Origin: Camelus dromedarius
Taxonomy: Eukaryota
Assembly (NCBI RefSeq): GCF_036321535.1
Contig: NC_087436.1
Location: 99,698,001-99,762,000, forward strand
Length of the DNA: 64,000 nt
Direction: 5' to 3'
Shown here one piece after another: positions 9,993 to 22,644 of this stretch; within the stretch, counting starts at the first letter, position 1; each line of letters opens with the position of its first letter. Both the position numbers and the translations under genes were made by a program. The notes beneath the pieces were generated by a model. That model saw only the letters and a list, made by a program, of their open reading frames with translations, did no database searches and was not told the origin of the DNA.

Positions 9993-12929
9993 TCCTAGGT
10001 TCCAAGGAACAGGATGTGACCTTCTAAGCTACTCCAGTGTCCTAAGTTTCCCTAATGTGCTCCTGACACCATCTCAGTCTCTCAGTATGATTTCCCCCCA
10101 AGCAGGGCAGTTTGGGTTGATTTAGGCCTACAATAAAATGTTTTCATCAATTTTGAGGGACTCACCAGCTGTCATTAATGTTTACTTAAACGTTTACCAG
10201 TTCTCAGTGCACTTTTGGGGTGGCAGAAAGAGAATATGTCAGCAAAGGAAGTTTGAGAATTTATGATACAACAAAACAGAGGAAGTATGTTTACTATACG
10301 TCATGCATGTAATCATAACTGTAACTAAATTATTACTATACAAAATTATAAATACATAGTTATAACACTATAAATAACATACTACGGATAGGTATGTTGT
10401 GTGCGCGCTTAGATTTCCAAAAGGAAGATGGAGCATGAATAACTCTCAAATTCTTATGAACTGTTTTATTTTTTCTTTCTGTGGCGTGTTATAAAGAACT
10501 ATGTGTTGAAAAATGCTAGCTTGGGTAAATGTTTTGAGAAGGTAGAGTAGACTGAAGACATTTTCTGCTTGTTGGTTCATGAACCCTGGAGCTGGGATAG
10601 TGTGCGTATTTCCCCATGATCACCACAGGTAACTTAAAATGTGTTGTTGCTGCCATTAAGTAAGATTCTGTGAAGGCAAAAATTGCTATCACTTCTGATA
10701 TAATTACTACTTCTTTCATCTCCAAAATATCGTATGTTGATTGCTCAAATGTCAGTGCCATTTAGAAACTATACCATTTATCTCTGATTTCTGGTTAATA
10801 CATTTTAACAACTGTGCCAAATACACATATTATTTTTTCCTCCAATGGAGAATCCTCCACGATGACAAAACTAGAAAATTTTCACTGTTAAGCATTATTA
10901 TCCTTTTATTTCCTATGTGACAAAATACGTATTTTGTCCCTGAGTTAATGCTCATGATAATATTCTGTTACTAAATACATACGAAATATTTAATCAGGGA
11001 TACAATCCACTTTGCTGTTTTACATAGTGGCTTCATATTTGCATATCTTTTGCCTGTACAAGCAAAGTGAAACAAACCACCAAGCAATTATATAACTTGT
11101 TCATTCATTCAAAACAGAAAGGGGAGCTACATAATTCCTATAAAATAAATTTTGCATATTTAATTAGATAACAGAATAGTTTTGATTATCCAATGAGATT
11201 GCTGCTTTTTTGTGTTAGATGCAGCATTTGTCCCAAAATTTCTTCTTTCGTATTTTCCATAGATTTTTTCTGTCTTTAATGAGTCTGTATTATCACTTTA
11301 CCATTTATGTAACAAAATATATTGCCCTATCCCTGCATGTCATAGTCAGATACATATTAACTGTTAAACTATATAAGTGTACTTTATCAGAACAAATTAT
11401 AGTCTTAAAGTATTGATAAACATAAATATTAATAATTGTTAATTTAATTTCTGTGAAAGTTTAAAAAATAAACAGTATTATATGTTTACAGATTCAGCAC
11501 TTTAAGATTATAATTTGCTCTATTTTGTATACATATGACACATACATAGACACAAATTATATTAATATATGTCTATATACATGCATATGTATATATATAA
11601 ACTTTAAGATCTGTTTTCTTTTTATGATAGTCTTATTAATAAGAGATTCTAAATTCACAGCTTATGATAATTATATCCTTTTTGAAATTAAAGATTAAGT
11701 GTAACCTTTGCAATTATTTGCCACAGTTCTATGATTTTATACTAACCTATTCTAAGATTAGATCGCCCACCTTTTGCTTACCTTATGGATCCACTAAAAT
11801 AGTGCTGGGAAAGTAGCAATGGAATCATAAAGCATTTTCAGTTTAAGCCCTTCCTTTCTGAACCCTCCTCCACCTTCTGTTTCCCATCCTGGCCCACTTC
11901 CCAAATCCTTCTTCTTCACTGTCAAGCTTTTTCATAGCTTTGGAATGAGAAGTATCCTTAGCTACCAAGCGAAACTTGAGACTTTTCCCTTCAGTGAGTT
12001 GTTCAGCATTTCTTCTTTTGTTGTTGTTGTACCATTGCCACTTTTCCAGTTTAAGTACCTTCTTTCTTCACAATTAAAATTAGTCCTTAAGGTTTAAGAG
12101 AGGTCTTCATAATTTCCTTAAAAAAATGAAGTTGCATTTTTTTTTTCAATGAAACCAACATTACTGGAGAGAAAACTACAGGTGAATCAGGGAAATCTGC
12201 ATGAAGAGGCCAACTTGAATTGAAAATCAGTAAGCAAGTCAAGTGAGCTACAGGATCCAACATGACCCTCAAATCACTCTGCAATCTTAACAGGGCAGTC
12301 AAAACCGTTTTTTTTTTTTTTTCTTCTAAGAAGTTATTTTCTGAAAATCTCTAATTATGACCAGACCATAGTAATTTCCTCAGTGTACTGACAAAAATGA
12401 CAACCTGATTTATCTTGTTATATGATTTTGAACTGAGATTGTATTACATTTAGTAGTCAGGGATGAGTGAGCAACTGTATTAACTGTAGATTCTTATTTC
12501 ACATCTGGGAATAAATTTGCTAATGTTCTTTCCACCTTCCTTTGCTCCTTCCCACCTTATCTAGTCAACCATCATGGTTCTATTGATATGGTCCCTGTAA
12601 CAAACTCATCTTTTAAATCCCCATCTATATATTCTTTACCTCCATACAACTATATATGGTATGTATACAAAAGCACAAACTCTACAATGTGTGCTCTGAT
12701 ACAATGCTCAGTTTGATGCTAACATTGTAATATAGCTAGAAAGATAACCTCAGTACAAAAGGTAGTGCAAGTAATTTGACCAAATAGACCATTAACAGAC
12801 CAGACTCCAACCACAGGCTTATAGGATTCCAATTAGAGTGTTCTTGTTTTTGTTTTTAGTTCTCCAGTTTTCTAACCATTGCCTCTGAGAGATTAGTCAT
12901 TAAATTTTAAATTTCACTTTGATTATGCC

Positions 12930-13572
12930 ATAATCATGGTCAGATCCTCCAACTGAAACTCATTGAATTTAGTCTAAAATAAAGATTCCCCAGGCATTCA
13001 GGTTTTTCATAATTTGGCCCGAACTTGCTTTAATATGTACCCCTTCACTACTGTTCTACACAAACTAAATATCTTCATAATTAGCACTTCAACATCAAAG
13101 ACAATTTGAAATTTATATGAAAAGTTTAGTTAAAAACAAGTCTCCCAAACTTTTGAAATGATCTCTTTAAACAATATTTAAATAGTTGGATTTTGAAGTA
13201 TATCTGAATCTTTCTCCGTAATGGACTTACTTTTATTTCTTCTTTCTGAACAGTAAATGTAAGTGCTATGCATATATCTTATTTTATGTTATATTTTGTG
13301 TTGTTTTATTTTATTTATTAAATTCTATCCACTGGCCAAGAGTTTTTTTGTGCAGTGGTGGTTCATTTTTACCTTCCATCCATTCTCTAAAAGAAAGCCA
13401 ACATCCTTCATCTTTTATGACATATCTCTTCTTTGTACTTCTCTACACTGTCTGTATAATACATTTTTCTTTTCATATATCAGATAATCTCATTAATAAT
13501 TGTAGGATTTACAGTATATCTCACAAAAATTATCATTTGCTATACACTCAGCAAAAATATTTTGAATAGTAA
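12930..13572 (+). mobile_element. Fragmented L2 3' region
   Basis: ggcattcaggtttttcataatttggccc and the terminal cactcagcaaaaatattttgaatagtaat. Confidence 0.5.
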
Positions 13573-14702
13573 TCACTTCTGTGGATCCAAATTTATGAAT
13601 TAAGATATTCTGGGCTATGGCAACTTCAGTGACTATTACTGTCTAAGAAAGACATGGCTCATGATTTCATTCAGTAAGAAGGCTAATATCTCAGCTCCTC
13701 AGAGGCTCTCTGTGAGGTGTCTTCCAGGTTTCTGGTTGAGTTTACTTTAGCTCTTCCAGGGTAGTCATGAATAAATGTATGGTTTGTTCCCAGTCTTCAC
13801 CCCATCAAGGTTCTTGTCTCTTAAAAGTCTATCAAGAATTTAGAACCTGGGACTTCAGAGTAAACTAGGTAAAAACAAAATTATTTTCTAAGTTCTGAGA
13901 GACATGAGCAACTAGTAATACTTTTCAACATATATTATCCTCACAAATCTATTACCTTAAGAAATAGGAATATTACAATGAAATTTTGTAATTATTGTAC
14001 TAAGGGTTATTATGTCTTACTGCTTTTTTATATACAAGTCATTATCCTTATGCCCTTTGACACTTTTTGGCCAAGATCATCTACTAAGATAATTGCTGCT
14101 TCAACGATATTGCACAATGTCATTTTATTGAAATATTATAGTTATTTCATAATGTTTAAAACTCTGTTTAGCTGAGTTGAGGATTAGGTGATGGTAGTGT
14201 GTTTATTAATACATTATATGGTTTATAAAATTTTAATTTTCGCAGTATACAAATTAAATGAAGAGGTATAATTGTAACAGAACTAAGCACAATGAAATTG
14301 ATGCAGTTTTATAAAATACTTTGAGCACACTTTTCCCATAACAATTTTATTTTGACCATTTGAAGATACATATTCCTATAATATGTTTTCTTAATTTGAC
14401 TATTTTGATTATTTGATGCAAAGCTAAGAAAGCCAAGATAATCATAGAACATAAATATATATTATATCAACTGAGCAGAAGCTACCATTATCCAATATAT
14501 CAAGAATTAAGTTTATTGTAGGCACTTGACACATCATGAATCTCTGTGAGATAAAAATATAAATAGTAAGAATTTCATAACAAATAAATATGCCAGGAAA
14601 GTGCTTTGTGCTATTTATGTAATATATTCAAATATCATAGATTATGATCTCTCAACCTCATCTTAAAATAAACTGAAGATAATATAGCTTATTACTTTGA
14701 GC

Positions 14703-14770
14703 ATACATTCAACAAATATTTGAAGCCCTTATTTGTACAAAATATTATGTATAGCACAGGAAATACAGGC
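14703..14770 (-). mobile_element. L2 3' tail
   Basis: cattcaacaaatatttgaagcccttatttgtacaaaat. Confidence 0.55.
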
Positions 14771-16267
14771 AGCTTCTAGTTTCAGTAAATTTAACATTTT
14801 TTAAGTAAATCAATGTAAATCTCTGGTGTACAGGCATAAGGTTAATTTGAAGCCATTTTTCTTGAAAAGAAGTGTTTAATATTAAAGCATTCTGTGATTT
14901 TTAATAATTCTGTCAAAATTATCAATGAGTATATACTGAGAGGATAAAATAAAATCTATAATGGTTTCAGTCAAAATATTTACTGTGGATGCTAAGTGAG
15001 TAGGTACATTTTGATCAAGCCATTTGGTTTTGAAATTGTATTTATTAACTTTTTCTTACCTTGAATAAAGCCAAAATAAAAATTGTTAAAATCATAAGCA
15101 CTTAAATATAGTTATGTGGGAGATGAAAAATAATTTTATGATAAATTAAAACAATTAATTTGTAGGTTATATGAATCAGGAGTGTTAGTGGAAGCTCATG
15201 TTATCTGGTTCTGCACAATATTCGTCTTTTAAGCTGAAAAATAAGCCAAATATGAGCTCACTAACTACTGGAACAAAATGTAAAAAGTAATATATGTTGA
15301 CAATGTATGATACTAAAAGTTAATACCAGCTTTTTAGAAAGACAATGCTTTTTTTAATACTTGCTCTGAGGAAAACATCCTTTATAATGCTTCCTAATCT
15401 ATATCTATATCTTGAATAATTATACTAAAACAGGTGTAATTTTTAGTTTTGTGGATATTTTAATGACTCTGTATCAGAAAGAGGATGACTATTGTTGAAA
15501 GAATGTTTATTTAAAATGACTCCAATTTGAGGAAGTTGCAGAAAGTCCAGACAATAATGTAATTCTCTGGTAGCCCACCTAGATCCTGCAGTAAACATTG
15601 GACAATTGCAGGAAATGGGTGAATTATAGATCCTTCAGTTAATTCTTTATGAGTATTACTTATCAGCTCTGAATTTATATTATGATTATACAGTTCCCAA
15701 GTTATAGTCCCTTGAAAGAACCTAGAGTAGGGCACATAATTATGTGAATTTGGGGGAACATATATGTATTTTAAAGATCAATTGAAGAAAGTTAATATTC
15801 TCTCTTGAAAATTAAAGATCCTGTTAAATTCAACTAAAATGGATTTTTGTGCAATATATGCTTCATTAAACTATATGTATTATATATAATACATATATAT
15901 TTGGTTTATAAATTTCAGTAAGACTTGTGGAAATGTATTCTCTTTATACTCTTTTCTGCTGAATAATATTTAATACATGACACCATTCAAACAATTTATA
16001 TCTAGAGAAAAGAATAACATACAATTTTAATGCCAAGCAGTTTTGCTGTCAGCATAAGGTTGACAGAAGATCAAGTGTCTGTGTGTTTTGTTTTTTTTTT
16101 TTAATAACTAAAAAAGTTCATTTCCTCTAAGAGGAAATACCTCACTTTCTGTTACGTTTTTGTTTTTCAATAGTATGGGATAAATGAAAGAGGAAAAAAT
16201 TAATTCTAAAAAATGCTAATTCTGGTTCTTTTAATTAGCCCAAGCTATTTTATTTTAAAAGATTATT

Positions 16268-17270
16268 ATGAAATTAAACATACTCTTACCACAATCTTAC
16301 CACTTAATACATCTTGCCATGATCCAGCAATTATGCTTCTTGATGCTTACCCAAAGGATTTGAAAACTCATGTTCACACAATACCTGCACATGGATGTTT
16401 TTAGCAGGTTTATTCATTATTGCAAAAACTTGGAGCCACCCAAAATGTCCTTCAGGAGGTGAATGTAGAAGTAAACTGTGGTACATCCAAATAATGGAAT
16501 ATTATCCAGAGCTAAAATGATATGCAGTATCAAGCCATGAAAAGTCATGGAGGAAACGTAAATGTAATTAAGGAAAGCAGAACTTATTACCGTAAAATAT
16601 AAGTCTGGCATAAAGATTATTTTAGGCTGATTATTTTTAAGAAACAGCACACATAGGAAAAGCTGTAAAAAGTGAGTAGAACTGTGATTTTGTAAAAGAT
16701 GTTTACATTTATTAAAAAAAAACTTCTGCTTATTTTTCCCCTATTAATCTGTCTTTTATTACAGCTTGGAGTGTCTTAGCCAAGAACCTGGAAGGGTAAA
16801 GGGGAAATTATTTTTCGTCACCTTCAGTATATTACTAAGTGAAAGAAGCCAATTTGAAAAGGCTGCATATTGTATGGTTCCCACTATCACATTCTGGAAA
16901 AGGCAAAACTGTAGAAATAGTATAGATTAGCAGTTGCCAGAGGTTAGGAGGAGGGGAGGAATGAGTAAGTGGAGCACAGAGGATTTTTAAGTAAGTGAAA
17001 ATGCTCTGCGTAATACTACAATGGTAGGTACATATCATTGTACATTTGTTCAAACTCATAGAATAACACCAAGAGTGACCCTAATATAAACTATAGACAT
17101 TGAGTGATGAGGTGTCAACAGTTCAACAACTGTAACAAATGTATTACTCGGTGGAAGATGTTGATAATGGGGAAAATTATGCATCCCTAGGGGCAGGGGG
17201 CATATGAGACACCTTTGTACCTTCTGCTCAATTTTGTTCTAAACCTAAAACTGCTCTTAAAAAAAAAAAA
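16268..17270 (+). mobile_element. L1MC1-like 3' end, split by an LTR
   Basis: aagccatgaaaagtcatggagg | tattactaagtgaaagaagccaatttgaaaaggct...aacctaaaactgctct followed by poly(A). Confidence 0.9.
16568..16826 (+). mobile_element. Internally deleted ERV1 solo LTR (MER34-like) nested in L1MC1
   Basis: Termini TTAAGG...CCTTCA, near-TSD GTAA/GTAT, 3' end ttaatctgtctttt...aagggtaaaggggaaattattttt. The L1 resumes exactly after it. Confidence 0.75.
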
Positions 17271-18034
17271 CAACTAATTTTTTAAAGTTTTCATATCAAA
17301 TACACGCACATGCTTTTTAGAATGTTTTCAGACCAATATAATTATACTGATGATTTAATGTCCCCAATGTTATATTTATTGTAAATAAATGTGGTAGATA
17401 AAGAGGTTTTTTTGTTTTGTTTGTTTTTTAATTTTAAAACAAGATGTTATTTTCCATTGAGTTTGAATATACACTTCACTCCTTACTGTAGATCAGGAAA
17501 TAACAGATATTTAGTGTCACATTTATAAACTTTGAATAAAGTATTTCATAAACAAAGATGTCTCAGATTTTCATGTGTACCTTAATTACAAATACGGTAT
17601 ACATGTATGGCAAATCACTGTTTTAAGAATGTCACAAAAAGGCAGGTTATCGTGGGCAATTCAGAGATTTTGTCAGTAAGGAATAATGGTTCTTTGATTA
17701 TATGTTAAGTATTAATAATTGCAGTGACTAAACAGTCTCAAAAATATCACATTCATCAATGAGTAAGTAACTCCTTAGAATTGAATGACCTTAATAAAAT
17801 AATTGGGATGGTCATTATATAAATTCCATTTGGAAGGCGTGGTAAAGATAAAAACAGAGCAATATGGAGTTTATAATTACCTATATTTTACCTGTAAGTT
17901 CTTTTTAAGGTTCTTACTTCTGCTTTTTGTAGCATTCCTGCTCCTTTTTTTTTTTTTTTTTCTGGCTTACATTGGGTATTATGTATGAGCACCTGTTTTT
18001 TCAAGTGGGGTAGTTTATTGTCTTGTAAGAGGAC

Positions 18035-18200
18035 CTGGCAGAGAGTCTGGAAACTTTGCAAGTCTTCAGCTCACTCACTATGTTGACTCTAGTAATTAAT
18101 CCAAGTGCTCTTGACCTTGGTTTCTTCTGCTGTAAAACAAGAGATTTGTATTATATAATTTCTCAAGTCATTTCTACCTGTATAATTCTGTGACTTCTGT
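18035..18200 (+). mobile_element. MIR3/MIRc fragment
   Basis: gaccttggtttcttctgctgtaaaa...aattctgtga. Confidence 0.6.
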
Positions 18201-18226
18201 GAATTTTTATTTGATTCTTTAAGTAG

Positions 18227-18713
18227 TGTTGCCCAAGAATAGGCTCTTGTCTCACGCAGGAAAGAATTCAAGAGCGAGGCCTAGTAAAGTGAAAGCAAGT
18301 TTATTTAGAGAGATGCACACTCCATAGACAGACTGCAGTCAGTCTTACTTAGAAGGGAGAGCAACTTAGAACACATTCAATAGCAGAATGAGGGCCATCT
18401 CAGGAGGCAAAACTAACAAGGGGTGGGGTTTTTAGTTTGTATGGGCAGAGTAATTCATATGCTAATGAGTGGGAGGATTATTCCAACTATGTTGGGGAAG
18501 GGGTGAGGATTTCAGGAATTGGGCCCCCCTCCCACCTTTTGACCTTCTAATGTCACCCTGGGAACTGTCATGGTGCCTGTGGATGTGCCATGAGGCTCAA
18601 AGTCTACTGGAAGTTGCATATTCTGCCATCTTGGTTCCAGCTAGTCTGTGCTATACCCATCTGCTATGTCATTCCTTTAACGGTTGTGCCGTGACCTCTT
18701 TCCTCCTATCTCA
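18227..18713 (-). mobile_element. ERV1-class solo LTR (same family as 20662-21247)
   Basis: On the minus strand it reads TGAGATAGG...GGCAACA with an AATAAA (tttatt at about 18300). It aligns in reverse complement to 20662-21247. Confidence 0.9.
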
Positions 18714-18999
18714 TAAGTCATTGAAAATCCCTGAGGGAAGCATTTTTTCTCTCTCTTAAATCTTGACCACTTTTGTTGTTTTTACCCTAGTTCTCTGAAA
18801 CACTTAAATGTTAGTTGATACAATCTGATTAGGTTTTGGAAGAAATATCTAGTCCTCTTTTTCTTTCTTTCTTTTTCTTTTTTTTTCTATTTTAAGTTCT
18901 ACTGGGTGTCTAAGAATCTTAACAACATGCATCTGTTACTACCTAAACATAACACCAGAGAAATATCTGTTTTTTTGAATGCCAGATGCTGTCCAAGTA

Positions 19000-19190
19000 C
19001 TGTGTATGGCTCATGTAAATCTTACATGTAAATGTTACAGTTGTCCTGAAAGAGTGATATTTATTTACACTTTAAAAATTAAGAAACCAATCTTGAAAAG
19101 AAGTTAAAATATTGCCCAGAGCGAAGTTGCAGAAACTGATTTAAATTTATGTCTCTCTGGTTCAAAGTTTCTGTCTACTGTACTACACTG
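19000..19190 (-). mobile_element. MIR fragment
   Basis: aagttaaaatattgcccaga...gtctctctggttcaaagt...actgtactacactg. Confidence 0.6.
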
Positions 19191-19337
19191 GATTTGAATC
19201 ACTATTAAAAACTGAATGCAAAAATATTCTCAAAGCATTTGTCACATAAAGATTTTGAGGCAAATCATTTACTTTTTATTAAATACAGCTGGTTTATTTT
19301 AATTTTGGAGTCACAGACTAATTGTATATGTCTTCTT

Positions 19338-19777
19338 TGAGGCCAAATGGGGTTACAAGTGTGGGGCCAACTGGCATCCTTCAGAGTGTAATGACCGCTG
19401 GGCTCTCAGATGCCTGCCTGAGATCCCTCAACAGATAAAGTACATTCTTTACTGGGCACGTTTACCCTAACAAACTATTAGTCCTAGGTAGTGCCTAATC
19501 TCACACTGGCTCAGTTCCTTTCTGCCCATGTCTCCGCCTTTTCAGAATCATATCCCACTGCCTTTCATTGACCCTAAACACCTCACCTACAACCAATCAA
19601 ATCTTGTGCGGTACCTGATGTAACCCTCCCTCAGCAAGCAACCCCTAGTGCTCACACAGGCACCTCTCCTCTTTGCAGCCCTCTGTTGTATATGATAAAC
19701 ACCTTTACTATTCTCTTCCTTCATCTCTGGTAAATTCTTTTACCACCTGCAACACCAGCCTGCCTTGTCCCATGGCA
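19338..19777 (+). mobile_element. ERVL-class LTR (MER73/MER74/MER54-like)
   Basis: Contains a CCAAT and the 3' motif ggtaaattctttaccacctgc typical of this group. Boundaries are approximate. Confidence 0.6.
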
Positions 19778-20661
19778 ATAAGCTCCTTGAGAGCAGAAAC
19801 CAGTGTGATCAGAGTGATTTTCTTCATTCTTAGCACTGTGTCTATTAACTTTCACACAGAATCTCTCTAAATACTAGTTTAATTATGTTAAATTAAAAAA
19901 TATGCTAACTCCTTTTAGTTCTTAGACATATATGCTCCTAAAGCAAAATGTTAAAAGCAAATTCTTGATTCATGAAGATAATTTGTTACAACAAATTGTC
20001 AGAGAACCTTGGTTTGAGTTTATGGGATGTAACACTTAGCATCACTTGTCTACTTAATAAGCAAAACTTTGGACCCATTGAGTGGCAGTTTCCTCATGTG
20101 TTACATGGTATTATGAACAAAGTGATACTAAACTATGTTTCATGTCTAAAATTATGTACTTTTAAACAAATTTTGAAATAATCAACAGCAATCTTTCAAT
20201 AAATGCAGGTAAATATATAACACTTTGTTGAATTTGTTGTAATAAGTAGGTATCAGGAAAGTAGAATAGATAATTTCTAATGTCTCTGGAAATTCTTACA
20301 TTGAATGACTCATGGACTTTAATTTTTAATTTATGAAACTCTTATGGACCATGTGTCAAGAAGAAAGTCTTATCTACCATTTAATATGGGGAGTAGTGTG
20401 AAAATTATGTGTCTATAAAGATATTTCTTTAAAGATCAATTTTGGTAAAGGAAAACAAATTCAAAGATATGTAAGTAAAATATTTCCACCTAAGTGAGTA
20501 ATAATATAAAAAATTCACATAATTTATAAAATTGATACCAAGAAAATGGTTAATTAAATAAGTTAAATGAAATACTATATAAGACAATTTTTTTATTGAA
20601 AATGATAAATAGTCAATTTCACATATCATCTTTCTTACAAATTATTTTAAATTAGTGGTTA

Positions 20662-21247
20662 TGAGACAGGAAGGAAAGGGGACAGAGGACAACCATTGAA
20701 GGAATGACAAAGCAGTTTAGAATAGGACAAACTGATTAGAACCAAGATGTCAGAAATTTTGACTTCCAGTAGACCTTGAACTTTATGGCACACCCACAGG
20801 TGCCATGACAGTTTCCAGGCTGACCATAAAAGGTCCCAGAGTGGGTCGGGCCCCAATTCCTGGAAATCCCTGCCCCCCTTCCCCAAACTGGTTAGAATAA
20901 TTCTTCTACTCCAGCATATGAAATTACCAAGCCCATAAAAACTAACAATGTGGCTACTCTCTCTCTTGCCTTCTGAGGTGACCCACACTCTTGTCTGTGG
21001 ATTGTGTACCTAATTTTACTTTAAACTAAACCCCTCCCCCTCAACTCTCAGCCTCTCTTTGTGAGATGGCCCTCACTCTGCCTATGGAATGTGTATCTCC
21101 TAAGCCACTCTCCCTTCTGAGTGAGACACATCATACTCTGTCTATAGAGCGTGTATCTCTCTGAATAAACTTCCCTTCACTTTACTTACTGTGTCTTGCT
21201 CTTAAATTCTTTTCCTGCGTGAGGCAAGAACCTATTCTCCAGTAGCA
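20662..21247 (+). mobile_element. ERV1-class solo LTR with 4-bp TSD
   Basis: TG...CA termini, TSD GTTA (20658-61 / 21248-51), AATAAA at about 21164, and internally repeated cactct...tatgga.tgtgta units. Confidence 0.92.
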
Positions 21248-21579
21248 GTTATTCTCCTTAAGTGGCAACTTCTCCGTTTGTGACTAAAAATAAATAAAAT
21301 ATTCTTGAAGGAAAATGAAATTCTTGAAAAAAACAATCAAGTAGAAATTGGTAATGTTTTGTTTTGCAAATACAGAGGAAAGTTATCTGGTAAAATAGGA
21401 GGGGGAATACCTCTATTGTTTATCCTTTTATTTTCTCATTTTTAAATGATTATTTGAGTGTCTGTTTGCTATTTGACAAATCCCTTACTACTCCCCGAAG
21501 ATATATTGTGTCACAGAGCTTTAGTGACAAACACCCAGAAGACAGGAAAGATCAATTTTTAACACAATGTAGAAGATTG

Positions 21580-22012
21580 TTATGGCAGTGGAGGCTTGGA
21601 GAAAGTATTGCTTTCCTCACTGAGGTTGAAAAGAAGGTCACTAATAGGGAAGTGATTTTAATGATTTATCATGAACTGTAAGTTGTACAAGGTGGGAAGA
21701 AGTGAAACTGATGTCTATAGAGAGGTGGTAAGACCCATAGTTTAGTTTCCAGTATGTTGAGTGACTACAGAAGTTGGAGTATTGGGAGGGAAAAACTGGA
21801 ACACTAGGATGAGGTGGTCAGAGAGCAGAATGTATGAAACTGAGACTATGGGAGGAGAGTATTAAAATAATTGCAGAAAAAAGTGTGGGCTATGACTAAG
21901 ATGATGGGTGGTTGAAGTGAGGGTGAAGAACAACATCACTGAAGGAGAAAAGGGAAAGGAACTAAGAAGTCAGGTTTTGGAACGTCTGCTTATAGATCTG
22001 GAAGTCATCATA
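21580..22012 (-). mobile_element. L2 ORF2-region fragment
   Basis: Purine-rich degenerate L2 antisense sequence (gatgaggtggtcagagagcagaatg...). Confidence 0.55.
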
Positions 22013-22321
22013 TTTCTATAAATCTTAAACTCCAAATGCTAAAAATCCAACCTGTCATTCCTAATTTTGGTTGTATGTACCACTCATACATTATATAAAG
22101 TTTTGAAACAGAGTGCTGCAGGCATGTTTCCTGTTAGGTAACTTCAAAGTGATTTCTTATACAAACTATTTTCCATATATTTTGCTACATTATTAAAGAG
22201 TTCTAAATATCAGATTAGATCTAGTCCTAAATCACATAAAATGGACTCTAGAATAACAAATATTTTCATTTTTTAAAATATTTTACTAATATATATTAAT
22301 TAATATCCTAGCACTATAAAG

Positions 22322-22644
22322 CAGTGTTGTCCAGTAGAAATATAATGTAAATCACATATATAACTTAAATTTTTCCATTAGCCACATTTAAAGGTATAAA
22401 GTGAAATGGGTAATACTGATCTAATAATATATTTATTTAACCAAATATAGCCAAAATATTAACCTTTCTGCATGTAATCAATATAAGAATCATTAATGAT
22501 ATTTTATTTTTTCTTCTTTAATTATTTGTGCACTTCTGGCAGGTTGTATATTTTTTATGCATCTAGCGTATCATAATTTGCCCAACCCCCTTTCAAGGGC
22601 TCAACACCATATATGACAATTGCCTATAGTAGTAAACAGCACAG
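22322..22644 (+). mobile_element. MER33 hAT-Charlie MITE, near full length
   Basis: cagtgttgtccagtagaaatataatg...ttaaccaaatatagccaaaatatt...aacagcacag. Confidence 0.88.

Noticed and set aside
10600..10632. Short U1 snRNA-like words (CCATGATCAC, GCGTATTTCCCC)
   Set aside because: The matches are short and in the wrong order relative to U1, so they are coincidental.
18469..20988. Two similar ORFs (18469..18759 + and 20659..20988 -) that look like paralogous genes
   Set aside because: Both are antisense readings of the two copies of the same LTR.
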